Shown: positions 22,535 to 32,828, numbered from the stretch's first letter. The stretch: 64,000 nt of DNA from an uncultured Gammaproteobacteria bacterium (GCA_964486065.1 CAZAKN010000001.1:157640-221639), one strand, 5' to 3'. The notes: generated from the letters alone by a model not told the origin. Numbers and translations are program-made.

Positions 22535-22565
22535 AAAATCCTCCGCGAACCACGGAGGATTTTTT
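22535..22565. terminator. Bidirectional terminator between convergent genes
   Basis: aaaatcctccg-N7-cggaggatttt. Confidence 0.8.
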
Positions 22566-22583
22566 ATTGTATCAATATTTGAT

Positions 22584-23480
22584 TTACCAGCTTCCACTGC
22601 TTCCTCCGCCTCCGGACATTCCTCCACCAAACCCGCCGAAACCTCCCGAACCACCGGATCTTCCACCTCCACCGAAAAATATTCCGCCACCGCGTCCGCC
22701 TTTACCTTTACTCCAACCTTTAAACCAATTGCGACGCGAAGCTCCCCAATCAAACAATAAGCCCAAACCGCTAAACAATCCGCCGAGGATTATCGCCCAG
22801 AGAGTTCCGGCGATCAAAGCTCCCGCCAAAGCGCCCAAACCGAGCCCCCACAAACCACCGGGCCAATATCTTTTTGATTTACCCAAAAATTCAAAAAATC
22901 CACCCATCATAATCATGGAGAAAACCACCAAATAAAATATAAAATTACCGCTTAAAGAACCCTTTTCTTTTTCTTCAGGCAAATCCAAGACTTCTCCTCT
23001 GGCAGCCGCCTGCAAGGCTCTCGCACTCTCAATAATACCGGTATCATAATCACCCGCCTTAAAATTAGGCACAGCGATGGTTCTGATAATAGCGCCGGCT
23101 TCCGAATCCGTCAGAGCGCCTTCCAAACCGTAACCGACTTCAATACGCAATTCGCGTTCCTCCTCCGCCACCAATAAAAGGATACCGTTATCCGCTCCTT
23201 GTTTTCCAATTCCCCAATCAGCAAATAACTCCACCGCGAAATTTTCAATATAATCCTCACCCAAATTCGGAACCGTTACCACTGAAATTTCATGTCCGGT
23301 TTCGCGTTCAAAAACTATCAACTCCCGCTCCAAAGTCTGGCGCGCGTTATCGCTCATCATATTCGCGTAATCATTGACAAACCCACTCGGTTCGCCCGGA
23401 TTGTAATACGCCTGCGCCGAGCTTAACAAAGAAACCGAAAACAGAACGAAAATAAAAATTGTACTTAATATTTTTTTCAT
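22584..23480 (-). CDS. TPM-domain (YgcG-like) protein
   Basis: FVNDYA, WGIG...DNGILLLV, RIEVGYGLEG, Gly-rich tail ending GSW; next to lemA. Confidence 0.92.
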   Translation of the reverse strand: MKKILSTIFIFVLFSVSLLSSAQAYYNPGEPSGFVNDYANMMSDNARQTLERELIVFERETGHEISVVTVPNLGEDYIENFAVELFADWGIGKQGADNGILLLVAEEERELRIEVGYGLEGALTDSEAGAIIRTIAVPNFKAGDYDTGIIESARALQAAARGEVLDLPEEKEKGSLSGNFIFYLVVFSMIMMGGFFEFLGKSKRYWPGGLWGLGLGALAGALIAGTLWAIILGGLFSGLGLLFDWGASRRNWFKGWSKGKGGRGGGIFFGGGGRSGGSGGFGGFGGGMSGGGGSSGSW

Positions 23481-23491
23481 TTAGAAAAAAA

Positions 23492-24070
23492 TTATTCTTC
23501 GGAAGTGGTCAAATCAACCGTGGGAGCGACTTCCGCACCTTCGGCCGCTTCAAAAAATTCTTTTGCTTCAAATCCGAAAATTCCCGCCAAAACATTGTTC
23601 GGCAAAGTTTTGATTTTCACATTGTAGTCTTTGACGATTTCATTATAGCGTTTTCTTTCCACTGAGATACGATTTTCCGTGCCCGCCAATTCATTCATTA
23701 AATTTTGCACGGTTTCCGTGGAACGCAATTGCGGATAATTCTCCATTATCACGAGAAGTCTGGCCAAAGCTGATTCCACTTCCGTGGCGGCCGCCGCTTT
23801 TTCATTTACCGTGGAAGCGCCCGCGTAACGAGTTCGGGCTTCGGCGATATTACCGAAAACTTCTTGTTCTTGTTCCATGGCACCTTTAACCGAATTTACC
23901 AAATTCGGGATCAAATCAAAACGGCGTTGAAATTGGTTTTCCACTTGCGCCCAAGCGTTATCAACTCCTTCATTTAAACCGATAACCGAATTGTAAAATC
24001 CGACCACCCATAAAGCTAGCAAAAAGATGACCAGCCCGATGGGGACCAAATACTTTAAAGCATTGCTCAT
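23492..24070 (-). CDS. lemA: LemA family protein
   Basis: QRRFDLIPNLV, ENYPQL, ELAGTENRI. Confidence 0.95.
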   Translation of the reverse strand: MSNALKYLVPIGLVIFLLALWVVGFYNSVIGLNEGVDNAWAQVENQFQRRFDLIPNLVNSVKGAMEQEQEVFGNIAEARTRYAGASTVNEKAAAATEVESALARLLVIMENYPQLRSTETVQNLMNELAGTENRISVERKRYNEIVKDYNVKIKTLPNNVLAGIFGFEAKEFFEAAEGAEVAPTVDLTTSEE

Positions 24071-24159
24071 AATTTTTTAATTAAGTTTTTTTAAGTATTG
24101 TAATTATATAATTAAAATTCCTTCAAAAATTTCCGATGACTCAAAATACCATCCGGATT

Positions 24160-25539
24160 TTACTTTATTTTCTTTTTCAAATATTCTTCCAATTTATCAA
24201 GATTAACCCGATCTTGTTCCATGGTATCACGATCACGAACAGTTACCGATTCATCTTCAAGCGAATCAAAATCAAAAGTCACGCAAAACGGCGTTCCGAT
24301 TTCATCTTGTCTGCGATACCTTTTTCCAATGCTTTGAGTTTCATCATATTCGCAAACGAATTCATCTTTTAATCGGTTGAACAATTCTTTGGCCGGTCCA
24401 GACAGTTCTTTCTTTTTTGACAAAGGTAAAACAGCCACTTTTACCGGCGCCAAATCGTAAGGAAATTTCATAACCACGCGTTTTTCTCCGTTTACTTCTT
24501 CTTCATTATAATTGGCCAATAGCGCGGTTAAAACGCAACGATCCAAACCGAAAGTCGGCTCCAAAACATGCGGGATAAATTTTTTATTTTTGGCTTGATC
24601 GTAATATTCCAATTTTTCTCCACTGGCTTCGGCCTGATTGGACAGATCAAAATCTCCGCGATGCGCCAAACCGAACAATTCTTTAAATCCGCCAAAAGGA
24701 AAATCATACTCAATATCCACGGTTTTTTGAGAATAATGAGATAACTTTTCTTTGGGATGTTCATAACGGCGGATCTTTTCTTTTTTCATCCCCAGCTCCA
24801 TGGCGAATTCTTCTTGCAGATTTAACCAATTTTCAAACATGGGTTGCCAATCAGCGTCCGGATCAATAAAATATTCAATCTCCATTTGTTCAAATTCCCG
24901 CAAACGAAAAATGAAATTTCCGGCCACGATTTCATTACGAAACGCTTTACCGATCTGAGCGATACCGAAAGGCAATTTCGGATGTAAGGAATCCAAAACC
25001 GCTTTGTAATCCACGAAAATCGCTCCCGCGGTTTCCGGTCTCAAATACACGATATTTTCATCTTCATCACTGACATTGTTCATTTCCGTTTTAAACATCA
25101 TGTTAAAACGACGCACTTCCGTCCAATCTTGCTCTCCGCAATTCGGACATTTTATTTTTTCCTTTTGCAAAGCTTCGGTCATGCCTACCAAATCGCCTTC
25201 CAAATCTTTACCAGTCACTTCTTCCACCAAATGATCAGCTCGAAATCTTTTTTTGCAATTCTTGCAATCAACCATGGCATCATCAAAATTAGTCGTGTGC
25301 CCCGAAGCTTCCCACAACTTGGGATGCAATAAAATCGGTCCGTCCAAACCATGCATATCTTCACGAGCATGCACGAATTTGCGCCACCACAAACTTTTTA
25401 TATTATTTTTCAATTCCACTCCATAAGGTCCGTAACTGTATGAATTGGCAAAACCGCCATAAATTTCACAAGCCGGAAAAATAAAACCTCTTCTTTTGGT
25501 TAAAGAAACAATTTTTTCCATCAGGTTTTCTTCTGGCAT
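24160..25539 (-). CDS. glyQS: Glycine--tRNA ligase (alpha2 dimeric type)
   Basis: KRRGF, YLRPETA, QIGKAFRNEI, REFEQME, IGKRYRRQDEIGTP. Confidence 0.96.
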   Translation of the reverse strand: MPEENLMEKIVSLTKRRGFIFPACEIYGGFANSYSYGPYGVELKNNIKSLWWRKFVHAREDMHGLDGPILLHPKLWEASGHTTNFDDAMVDCKNCKKRFRADHLVEEVTGKDLEGDLVGMTEALQKEKIKCPNCGEQDWTEVRRFNMMFKTEMNNVSDEDENIVYLRPETAGAIFVDYKAVLDSLHPKLPFGIAQIGKAFRNEIVAGNFIFRLREFEQMEIEYFIDPDADWQPMFENWLNLQEEFAMELGMKKEKIRRYEHPKEKLSHYSQKTVDIEYDFPFGGFKELFGLAHRGDFDLSNQAEASGEKLEYYDQAKNKKFIPHVLEPTFGLDRCVLTALLANYNEEEVNGEKRVVMKFPYDLAPVKVAVLPLSKKKELSGPAKELFNRLKDEFVCEYDETQSIGKRYRRQDEIGTPFCVTFDFDSLEDESVTVRDRDTMEQDRVNLDKLEEYLKKKIK

Positions 25540-25560
25540 AATTAAATCTTTTTTTATGGT

Positions 25561-26118
25561 TTAAACTTTCATGAGTTCCTCCTCTTTTTTAACGGCCATT
25601 TCTTGCATTTCTTTCGTCATTTCGGAATTTTTCTTATCCAACTCTTCAATGAAAGCGTATTTATCATCTTCGGTTATCTCCTTGTTTTTTTCGGCTTCCA
25701 CGATTTCTTCTTTGATTTTTTCTCGGACGCCTTTCAAAGACACCTTGCCTGCTTCTAATTTTTCATTCAATTGCTTAACCGATTTCATACGACTTTCCTC
25801 CGTCAATTGAGGCACGGTAATTCTCACCAAAGTGCTTTCCGCTGTCACTCCCAAACCCAGATCCGCTTGAACAATCGCCTTTTCCACTTCTTTGAGCAAA
25901 TTTTTATCCCACGGCTCCACGGTCATAACTTTCGGTTCGGGGACACTGATGCTTCCGACTTGATTGATCGGAGTTTTTACGCCGTAAGCGTCCACCAACA
26001 CATTTTCCAACATGGAAGGCGTGGCCCTCCCCACTCGCATGGAATTCAATTCTTTAAGAAAATGTTCTTTGGATTTTTGGAAATCCTCCTCGTGTTTTTC
26101 AATAAATTGATTTGGCAT
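25561..26118 (-). CDS. frr: Ribosome recycling factor
   Basis: RVGRATP, PWDK, PQLTEESR. Confidence 0.95.
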   Translation of the reverse strand: MPNQFIEKHEEDFQKSKEHFLKELNSMRVGRATPSMLENVLVDAYGVKTPINQVGSISVPEPKVMTVEPWDKNLLKEVEKAIVQADLGLGVTAESTLVRITVPQLTEESRMKSVKQLNEKLEAGKVSLKGVREKIKEEIVEAEKNKEITEDDKYAFIEELDKKNSEMTKEMQEMAVKKEEELMKV

Positions 26119-26137
26119 ATTTTTTATATGTTTATTA

Positions 26138-27202
26138 TTAATCAAGTAATTTTTTCACGCCCATGTAAATAACATTCGCGTCTTTCGGGTGAACCAATAA
26201 ACTGGAAGCGAAACGCGTGGTGGGCATGGTTTTAACCGTCCAATTTTCACCGGCATCAGATGTTTTATATAATGCTCGGTCGGTGGAATAGAATATATTG
26301 CTGGCATTCTGCGGATCAATGGCCAAATCGTAAATTCGTTCATCTCCTTCTCTGGTCAAAATCGGCACTTCACTCCAAGTGGTTCCTCCGTCCAGACTGC
26401 GCAATATTCCGAATTGACTAGCGTAAACAATCAAATTCTTTGTGCTGGCTGAAACATCAAAAGCGTGATAGATATAAGCTTTTTTAAATCCTTTCATTTG
26501 CGGATTCAGATCCTGCCAATCACCGCCACGGTTGACGGTTTTGAACAAACCTCTGCCACTCACACCGACATAAACGATTTGTGGATCATTGGGATCAACA
26601 ATGATTTTATAAATTCTCTTTTTAAAATTGTTTATTACTTTCCAACTGCCACCGAAATCATCGCTACGCAAAACCGTGCCTTCGGAAACTCCGGCGTAAA
26701 TAATGCGCGGATCACGTGGATCAATAGCCAAGGCCGTAACCTTTTTCTCCACATTATCGGCGAACCAAACTTCTTTCCACTCCCGACCGCAAGTTACGGA
26801 TTTGTAAATTTTGCTTTCCAAAGCCACATAAACGGTACAAGGATAATTCTTATCTATCACCGCGTCACGCACATATCCTTGTGGCAAACCTTCGGTCTTG
26901 TTCCATCCCGCTCCGGCATTATTGGTGTAAAATAAACCTGAATATCTGGTTCCCGCCCAAATCGTTTTGGTATCCGTGGGATCCATGCGGAGAAAATAAA
27001 TATCCGTATCGGCAATGGTTCCATCTTGCGCTCCAGGTGTCATCAATTTGGAAATTGATTGCCATGATTCCATTTTATCGGTAGTTAAGAACACTCCACC
27101 CAATTCACTGGTCTTGGTTGTTTTACTACCGAACTTGATACAACCAGACAGAGAAATCGCCATCACCGCGATCAGAACGCTTAATAAAAATTTTTTAATC
27201 AT
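26138..27202 (-). CDS. BNR/YCF48-like beta-propeller lipoprotein
   Basis: LSGC lipobox; repeated SxDxGxxW and AIDPxNP motifs. Confidence 0.8.
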   Translation of the reverse strand: MIKKFLLSVLIAVMAISLSGCIKFGSKTTKTSELGGVFLTTDKMESWQSISKLMTPGAQDGTIADTDIYFLRMDPTDTKTIWAGTRYSGLFYTNNAGAGWNKTEGLPQGYVRDAVIDKNYPCTVYVALESKIYKSVTCGREWKEVWFADNVEKKVTALAIDPRDPRIIYAGVSEGTVLRSDDFGGSWKVINNFKKRIYKIIVDPNDPQIVYVGVSGRGLFKTVNRGGDWQDLNPQMKGFKKAYIYHAFDVSASTKNLIVYASQFGILRSLDGGTTWSEVPILTREGDERIYDLAIDPQNASNIFYSTDRALYKTSDAGENWTVKTMPTTRFASSLLVHPKDANVIYMGVKKLLD

Positions 27203-27250
27203 AAAGCTATATTTATTTGCAAAATTTTATTTTTGTTTTCTTTTTATATT

Positions 27251-28258
27251 TTATATGAAAATAAATAAATTTTCCAAAGCCAATCTGGGATTCACATTGC
27301 GAATAACATAATTTTTGGTTATTTCGGCCGCACGCAAGGCAGAAACCAACCTCGCCAAAGTTAAATTGGAAGCCACGCTTCGCAAATCATTTTTTAAATA
27401 TCCATTCACCGTTAATTCCAAAGCGTTTGATTTAATCAATAAAATATCGCGAAGCAACTTCATGAATATCCGTAATGATTCCAAAATTTGATCATTACTT
27501 TTTTTGTCGGTTAATTTTTGCGCCAAACTGAATTTATCATTCATATTTCCGGAAAAAACTCTTAACATTTCATGAACTTTTTCCTTATATTCACCCACTT
27601 GTTCTTGATTCTCCCACAAAGTCAAAGCTTGTTCCGGCTTGCCTTCTGATAATTCAGCTATTTCACGAGCCATATCACGATCCGCTCCTTTTTTTACCAG
27701 TAAATCATAAATTCTTGCTTTAGTTACCGGTAAAAATTTAAATTTTTGCACACGCGATAAAATAGTCGGCAAAATCGTTTCCAAGTTATCCGACAACATA
27801 ATAATAATGGTGCGAGCCGTCGGTTCTTCCAAAGTTTTAAGCAAAGAATTTCCCGCGCCTTGACTGAGGGTTTCCGCTTCCGGAATTATTACGATTTTAT
27901 ATGAATTTAAAAATGCTCTGGTAGAAATTTTCTCTTGCAAATTTCTGACTTGCGCCACTTGAATATTGGCTTTTCGCAAACCGCTTTTTTCATTGATTTC
28001 GCGATTCAAGTAATGTAGATCCGCGTAAACTCCCGCAACAAATTGTTTACAATTTTGACACTCACCGCAAGGCTTGGAAAGATTTTCGCTTTGACACAAT
28101 ATGGTTTGCGCGAATATTTTGGCCAAAGCCAACTTGCCCACGCCTTTTGCTCCGTAAAATAAATAAGCATGAGATAAAGATTGATTCTCAATGCTTGTCT
28201 GGAAAAAATTTTTTAACTTGGAATGACCTAAAATCGGCCAATTGTATTGCTTATTCAT
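27251..28258 (-). CDS. holB: DNA polymerase III delta-prime subunit
   Basis: HAYLFYG..GVGK, PCGECQNC, NSLLKTLEEP, LPTILSR. Confidence 0.9.
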   Translation of the reverse strand: MNKQYNWPILGHSKLKNFFQTSIENQSLSHAYLFYGAKGVGKLALAKIFAQTILCQSENLSKPCGECQNCKQFVAGVYADLHYLNREINEKSGLRKANIQVAQVRNLQEKISTRAFLNSYKIVIIPEAETLSQGAGNSLLKTLEEPTARTIIIMLSDNLETILPTILSRVQKFKFLPVTKARIYDLLVKKGADRDMAREIAELSEGKPEQALTLWENQEQVGEYKEKVHEMLRVFSGNMNDKFSLAQKLTDKKSNDQILESLRIFMKLLRDILLIKSNALELTVNGYLKNDLRSVASNLTLARLVSALRAAEITKNYVIRNVNPRLALENLFIFI

Positions 28259-28430
28259 GAATTAATTTTAGCAAAATTAGCTCTATAAGACAATTAAATA
28301 ATTAACATGCATTATTCAATAATTATATTTATGCAACTCTCACGCTGAACAATTATTTTATTCACTAAACACAAAATTATCTTATTTTCGCTAAAATAAG
28401 ACAAACTAAATACTATAACAAAATTTACTA

Positions 28431-28459
28431 TTGACAATATTGTAAGTATATGCTATAAT
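28431..28459 (+). promoter_or_regulatory. Perfect consensus sigma70 promoter
   Basis: TTGACA-N17-TATAAT with extended -10 TG. Confidence 0.85.
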
Positions 28460-28479
28460 GATAATACATTAATAAATAC

Positions 28480-28561
28480 GGCAATCGGACACAAAAAGGG
28501 AGCATGGTAGCTCCGCCTGAAAAAGGTGTTGTCCGTAGAGGTTCAAATCCTCGGATTGCCA
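28480..28561 (+). ncRNA. tRNA-like RNA (acceptor stem and T-arm, non-canonical middle)
   Basis: GGCAATC/GATTGCC 7-bp stem plus A; GAGG-TTCAAAT-CCTC T-arm; no U8, D-arm or 7-nt anticodon loop. Confidence 0.6.
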
Positions 28562-28600
28562 TCAAAAACAACGCTTGATTACTCAAGCGAAAAAATATAT

Positions 28601-28633
28601 CGGAGCTCAATCTCATTGAGCTCCGTCTTTTTT
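28601..28633. terminator. Intrinsic terminator
   Basis: cggagctcaa-tctca-ttgagctccg-tctttttt. Confidence 0.8.
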
Positions 28634-29746
28634 ATTTTCAAGCAAAATTTTGTGTGTTTGTATCGCGCATTTTTCCCAGGAAAACAATTTTGTTCTGGCC
28701 AAACCTTTTTCTCTGAGATCGCTTGCTGTCCGCGGATTTAATAATACTCGCGCCATGACCGCGGACATCTGTTCAATATCCGTCGGATCAAACATGATCG
28801 TGGCATCGCCGGCCACTTCGGGCAAACTTGTAGTATTGGAGCAAACCACCGGCTCACCGCAGGCCATGGCTTCCAATATGGGAATACCAAAACCTTCAAA
28901 AAGCGAAGGAAAAACAAATAGATCAGAAGCACTATGTAGATAAGGTAAATCATGATCATCCAGCCAACCGGGAAAAATTATTTCTTTTTGTAAACCATAT
29001 TCCCCTATTTTTTTCTGAGCTTGTTCAAAACCGAATCCGCACGAACCAACTAAAACCAACTTATGATCATCTTGCGGATTTTGTTTTTTAAACAAATTGA
29101 AAGCGTCTATCAAGCGAGAAATATTTTTCTTTTCTTCCAAACGGCCGACAAACAAGATATACGGAGCATTAATTTCAAATTTATTTCTAATGTAAGTCTT
29201 GGCGTCCGGCATTTCCCGATAACGCTCCTGATCATATCCATTGTAAACAACTTTAATTTTAGCTGGATCAATTTTGTAGGTTTCTATCAAATCTCGTTTG
29301 GAATATTCGGAAACCGTGATAATTTGATCGGCTGACTTTTTAATAAAATGGATAATGAGTTTATGATAAAATTTATCAGCCGTTTGATAACATTCCGGGA
29401 AATGTTCAAAGCCGATATCGTGGACGGTTACCACGGAACGCTCGGGATTGAATAATGGAATGGTATGCGCCGGCACGAACAGTGTATCGCATTTTTTCCG
29501 ACCGACCAGCATTTCCCAACTCAAACGCAATACCGTCCAAGTCCGCGGAATCGGCCATTTCAAAACAGCTTCTTGGAAATTATCCGGCATCTCAGCCAAA
29601 GCCCCGCGTAGCGGTTCATTAGCATATAAAAAATACTGATTTTGATGATCAATCTTTTTAAATTGTTCAATCAAGTGATACGAATACCACTCCACTCCGG
29701 TTTTATGTTTTTTGTTGGCGCGTGAAGCGTCTATACCTATTTTCAT
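28613..29746 (-). CDS. GT4 glycosyltransferase
   Basis: TGVEWY, TVHD, FVFPSLFEGFGIPILEAMACG. Confidence 0.92.
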   Translation of the reverse strand: MKIGIDASRANKKHKTGVEWYSYHLIEQFKKIDHQNQYFLYANEPLRGALAEMPDNFQEAVLKWPIPRTWTVLRLSWEMLVGRKKCDTLFVPAHTIPLFNPERSVVTVHDIGFEHFPECYQTADKFYHKLIIHFIKKSADQIITVSEYSKRDLIETYKIDPAKIKVVYNGYDQERYREMPDAKTYIRNKFEINAPYILFVGRLEEKKNISRLIDAFNLFKKQNPQDDHKLVLVGSCGFGFEQAQKKIGEYGLQKEIIFPGWLDDHDLPYLHSASDLFVFPSLFEGFGIPILEAMACGEPVVCSNTTSLPEVAGDATIMFDPTDIEQMSAVMARVLLNPRTASDLREKGLARTKLFSWEKCAIQTHKILLENKKDGAQ

Positions 29747-29847
29747 ATTTTTTTTAATTGACGCGGATCGCGAAACACAAATCGCGTATCATAATTCATC
29801 TCAATATTACGCGTTTCGTGACTCATGAATTTTTTCCATCCTTCTCT

Positions 29848-30855
29848 CTACTTTGTCGCCAAAATTGATCGTTTGTACAATTCCAAATTATCCAAAGCGA
29901 TTCCCGTGCCTTTGGCCACGCAAAGCAAAGCGTCGGAAGCCACGAAAACCGGCACTCCGATTGCTCTGGAAATAAGCTGATCAATATTGCCCAGCAAACT
30001 GCTCCCTCCGCTCATAATAATGCCTTTGTCAATCACATCGGCGGATAGTTCTGGCGGAGTCTTCTGTAAGACTTCACGAGTAGCGTCTATGATCCCTTGT
30101 AAATCTTGTTGCAAAGCTTCAGTTATATCATTGGAATTAATGATCACGGTTTTCGGCATACCACTTACCATGTCACGACCGCGAATTTCCATTTGTGAAG
30201 GTTTTTCCGAATACAAGGCGGAACCAATTTCAATTTTTATTTCTTCAGCCGTGCGATCACCGATGGCCAAATTATATTTACGCCGAATATATTCGGCTAT
30301 GGAAGCGTCAAAACGGTTTCCGCCGATACGCACGGAAGAAGCCGCCACAATTCCACCCAAAGAAATCACCGCGATTTCCGAAGTTCCCCCACCAATATCT
30401 ATAATCATATGACCTGAAGCGCTACCAATCGGGATATTGGCGCCGATAGCCGCGGCAATCGGTTCTTTAATAATGTAAGCAGCCTTGGCTCCCGCGGCAA
30501 TGGTCGCATCAATCACCGCTCGCCTTTCCGTGGAAGTAATCCCAGCGGGCACGGCTACCATGACTTCCGGACGAAACAATTTCACGCCACCCAAGGCTTT
30601 ATTGATGAAATATCTAAGCATGGCTTCCGTAGTTTTATAATCCGCTATCACGCCGTCTTTCAAGGGACGACTGGCAATAATGGAATCAGGCGTGCGTCCC
30701 AACATCTGCTTGGCTTCATCTCCCACCGCCAAAATATTTTTATCGGTCATGGAAATGGCCACCACTGACGGCTCGTTAATTACAATACCTTTCTTCGGCA
30801 AATGAACCAAAGTATAAGTCGTCCCCAAATCAATTCCAACTTTGCGTAAAAACAT
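29848..30855 (-). CDS. mreB: Rod shape-determining protein MreB
   Basis: GIDLGT, NEPSVVA, RPLKDGVIAD, DIGGGT, TPPELSAD. Confidence 0.96.
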   Translation of the reverse strand: MFLRKVGIDLGTTYTLVHLPKKGIVINEPSVVAISMTDKNILAVGDEAKQMLGRTPDSIIASRPLKDGVIADYKTTEAMLRYFINKALGGVKLFRPEVMVAVPAGITSTERRAVIDATIAAGAKAAYIIKEPIAAAIGANIPIGSASGHMIIDIGGGTSEIAVISLGGIVAASSVRIGGNRFDASIAEYIRRKYNLAIGDRTAEEIKIEIGSALYSEKPSQMEIRGRDMVSGMPKTVIINSNDITEALQQDLQGIIDATREVLQKTPPELSADVIDKGIIMSGGSSLLGNIDQLISRAIGVPVFVASDALLCVAKGTGIALDNLELYKRSILATK

Positions 30856-30916
30856 AATTTATTTAAAAATAAAATCCCAATTCCCTCCTGTTCCGGGTTT
30901 TAGGATTTTTCATTAA

Positions 30917-31414
30917 TTACACTTGCTCTTTTTTTGACTTGAGCAATTCATCGGCTTTAATCTTGGAATCCTGCTCCAAAAAAAACTTGTTCACTCCCGG
31001 AATCATAGATAGCCATTTTTTTATCAATTTTACAATTTTACTTTCTTTGGGCTTCTTGGCTTGTAACAATTTTTCAATTTCTCTAGCAGTTTCTTCTCCT
31101 TTTTTCTTAAATTCCGCTTGACGATGTTCCGGCAATTGACTGAATAAATCCGCCAATCCGTCCGACAATATTTCCTCTATTCTGATCAAGTCATCACTTT
31201 TACTTTCAGGCACTTTTTCTTTTTTCATGACTTGCTTCTTTTCCCCCGCCTTGTCCGGACTTCTTTGCAGTTGTTTTTTAATTTTTTGTTCAGACTGCGC
31301 CGGTGCTTCCACTTGGGATCCTTTTTCTCTTGTTTCCGGTTCTATTGGTTTTTCCACTTCTTGTTCCGGCATTTCAGGATTTAAAGGTTGCTCAATGTTT
31401 TTGTTTTCATCCAT
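30917..31414 (-). CDS. Hypothetical protein
   Basis: Disordered N-terminus; WLSMIPGVNKFFLEQDSKIKAD C-terminus. Confidence 0.75.
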   Translation of the reverse strand: MDENKNIEQPLNPEMPEQEVEKPIEPETREKGSQVEAPAQSEQKIKKQLQRSPDKAGEKKQVMKKEKVPESKSDDLIRIEEILSDGLADLFSQLPEHRQAEFKKKGEETAREIEKLLQAKKPKESKIVKLIKKWLSMIPGVNKFFLEQDSKIKADELLKSKKEQV

Positions 31415-31550
31415 ATATTTTATTATTGATTGAATGTAAGTAAATTATACCTTATTTAATTACTATGTTAAAGCATAAAATATCCTGATATTGACAAAAG
31501 GTTGATAGTATTATATAATATTATACTCAACTTTTCCAAACGGAGGAAAC

Positions 31551-31829
31551 ATGGAATCCTTGACAAAATGCTTAATTTCTTTGTTTATGCTGGCGCTTTG
31601 TATAGAAGTGCCATTGCGTATTATGGGACTGAAAAAAGGCTTCATTATTACTATTACTAGAAAAATGGTCAAAGCAATAACCAAGTGGCTAAGAAAGACT
31701 CTAAGTGCTTTTCTCTGCCGACTGAACACTTTATTTGATCAGTTGTTGTGCTTTTTGCCATTTTCTGTTCAATTAGCCCTACTGGCGACTTTAATTATCA
31801 CTATTGTTCTTTACCTATCTTCCAAATAA
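31551..31829 (+). CDS. Small orphan membrane protein (SD-led class)
   Basis: TTGACA at 31491; GGAGG-N4-ATG; two hydrophobic segments; terminator at about 31828-31851. Confidence 0.6.
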   Translation: MESLTKCLISLFMLALCIEVPLRIMGLKKGFIITITRKMVKAITKWLRKTLSAFLCRLNTLFDQLLCFLPFSVQLALLATLIITIVLYLSSK

Positions 31830-31853
31830 TCCGCTAAAAAGCGGATTTTTTAT

Positions 31854-32828
31854 TTAAATTTGCCACTTATTATTACTTAATACTGCTTTAACATCATCTA
31901 AAGTTTCCACTCTGACCAAATGTTTACGTATTTCAGCCGCCTTGGGGAAACCACGAAAATACCAACATAAATGCTTGCGTAATTCCACTATGCCATGTTT
32001 ATTTTTGGCTTTAAAATTTAGTTTAGCATGACGCAAAGCGATTTTTTTAATTAGTTCAAAATCCGCTTGTTCATATTTTGATTCAAACAAATATTGCTTA
32101 ATTTGGTTAAAAATCCAAGGTTTACCATACACTCCGCGAGCAATCCCTGCCCCTTGAACACCTGTTTTGTTCATCATAATTTCAACATCTTCCGGAGTAT
32201 TTAAACCACCGTTGCCCAAAACAATACCCTTAAATCGTTTTTTAACTTGTTTAATTACCTCATAATCAACCTCTCCGCTGAAGCCTTGCTCATAACTTCT
32301 ACCATGAAGCATTAACGCGCTGACCGGCAAATCCTTAATTTTATCAATAAATTCAAAAACCGTAACCTTGGTTCGACCTTTATTTATTGAAATCCGAGTT
32401 TTCACTGAAACCGGAATCCTTGATGCTTCACATACCGCATGGACTAATTCGTGACAAAGATTTAAATCTTTTAATAAAGATACTCCCCCACCGTGAGCGA
32501 TCACTTTCTTAGCCGGACAACCGAAATTTAAATCCACACCAGAAAATCCCGCTTCCTGAACCATTTGAACCGCTTTGGTCGCGTGCTCCGGCCTTTTGCC
32601 GAAAAGCTGTATAACCACGGGCTTTTCTTTGGCTGAGAATTTCAACATTTCCATGGTTTTCTTTGATCCATAAGCCAAAGCGTCTATGGAAGTCATCTCA
32701 GTGTAAACAACATCCGCTCCGTTTTCACGACATAATTGCCGAAAAGCCGAATCAGTTACCCCCGCCATCGGCGCCAAAGCCAATATTGGTTTTGATTTTT
32801 TTTGCAATTCCTGCCAAAAATTTTTCAT
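31854..32828 (-). CDS. dus: tRNA-dihydrouridine synthase
   Basis: LAPMAGVTD, DLNFGCPA, HGR, GNGG, RKH. Confidence 0.94.
   Translation of the reverse strand: MKNFWQELQKKSKPILALAPMAGVTDSAFRQLCRENGADVVYTEMTSIDALAYGSKKTMEMLKFSAKEKPVVIQLFGKRPEHATKAVQMVQEAGFSGVDLNFGCPAKKVIAHGGGVSLLKDLNLCHELVHAVCEASRIPVSVKTRISINKGRTKVTVFEFIDKIKDLPVSALMLHGRSYEQGFSGEVDYEVIKQVKKRFKGIVLGNGGLNTPEDVEIMMNKTGVQGAGIARGVYGKPWIFNQIKQYLFESKYEQADFELIKKIALRHAKLNFKAKNKHGIVELRKHLCWYFRGFPKAAEIRKHLVRVETLDDVKAVLSNNKWQI

Noticed and set aside
22414-22935. Pro-rich 173-aa plus-strand ORF
   Set aside because: Antisense shadow of the Gly-rich tail of the TPM gene
28480-28561. Canonical tRNA, tmRNA or SRP RNA
   Set aside because: Lacks a D-arm and 7-nt anticodon loop; too short and no G3-U70 for tmRNA; no SRP helix-8 motif
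29768-29821. Imperfect inverted repeat between mreB and the GT4 gene
   Set aside because: Weak, single copy, no U-tract; no function can be supported
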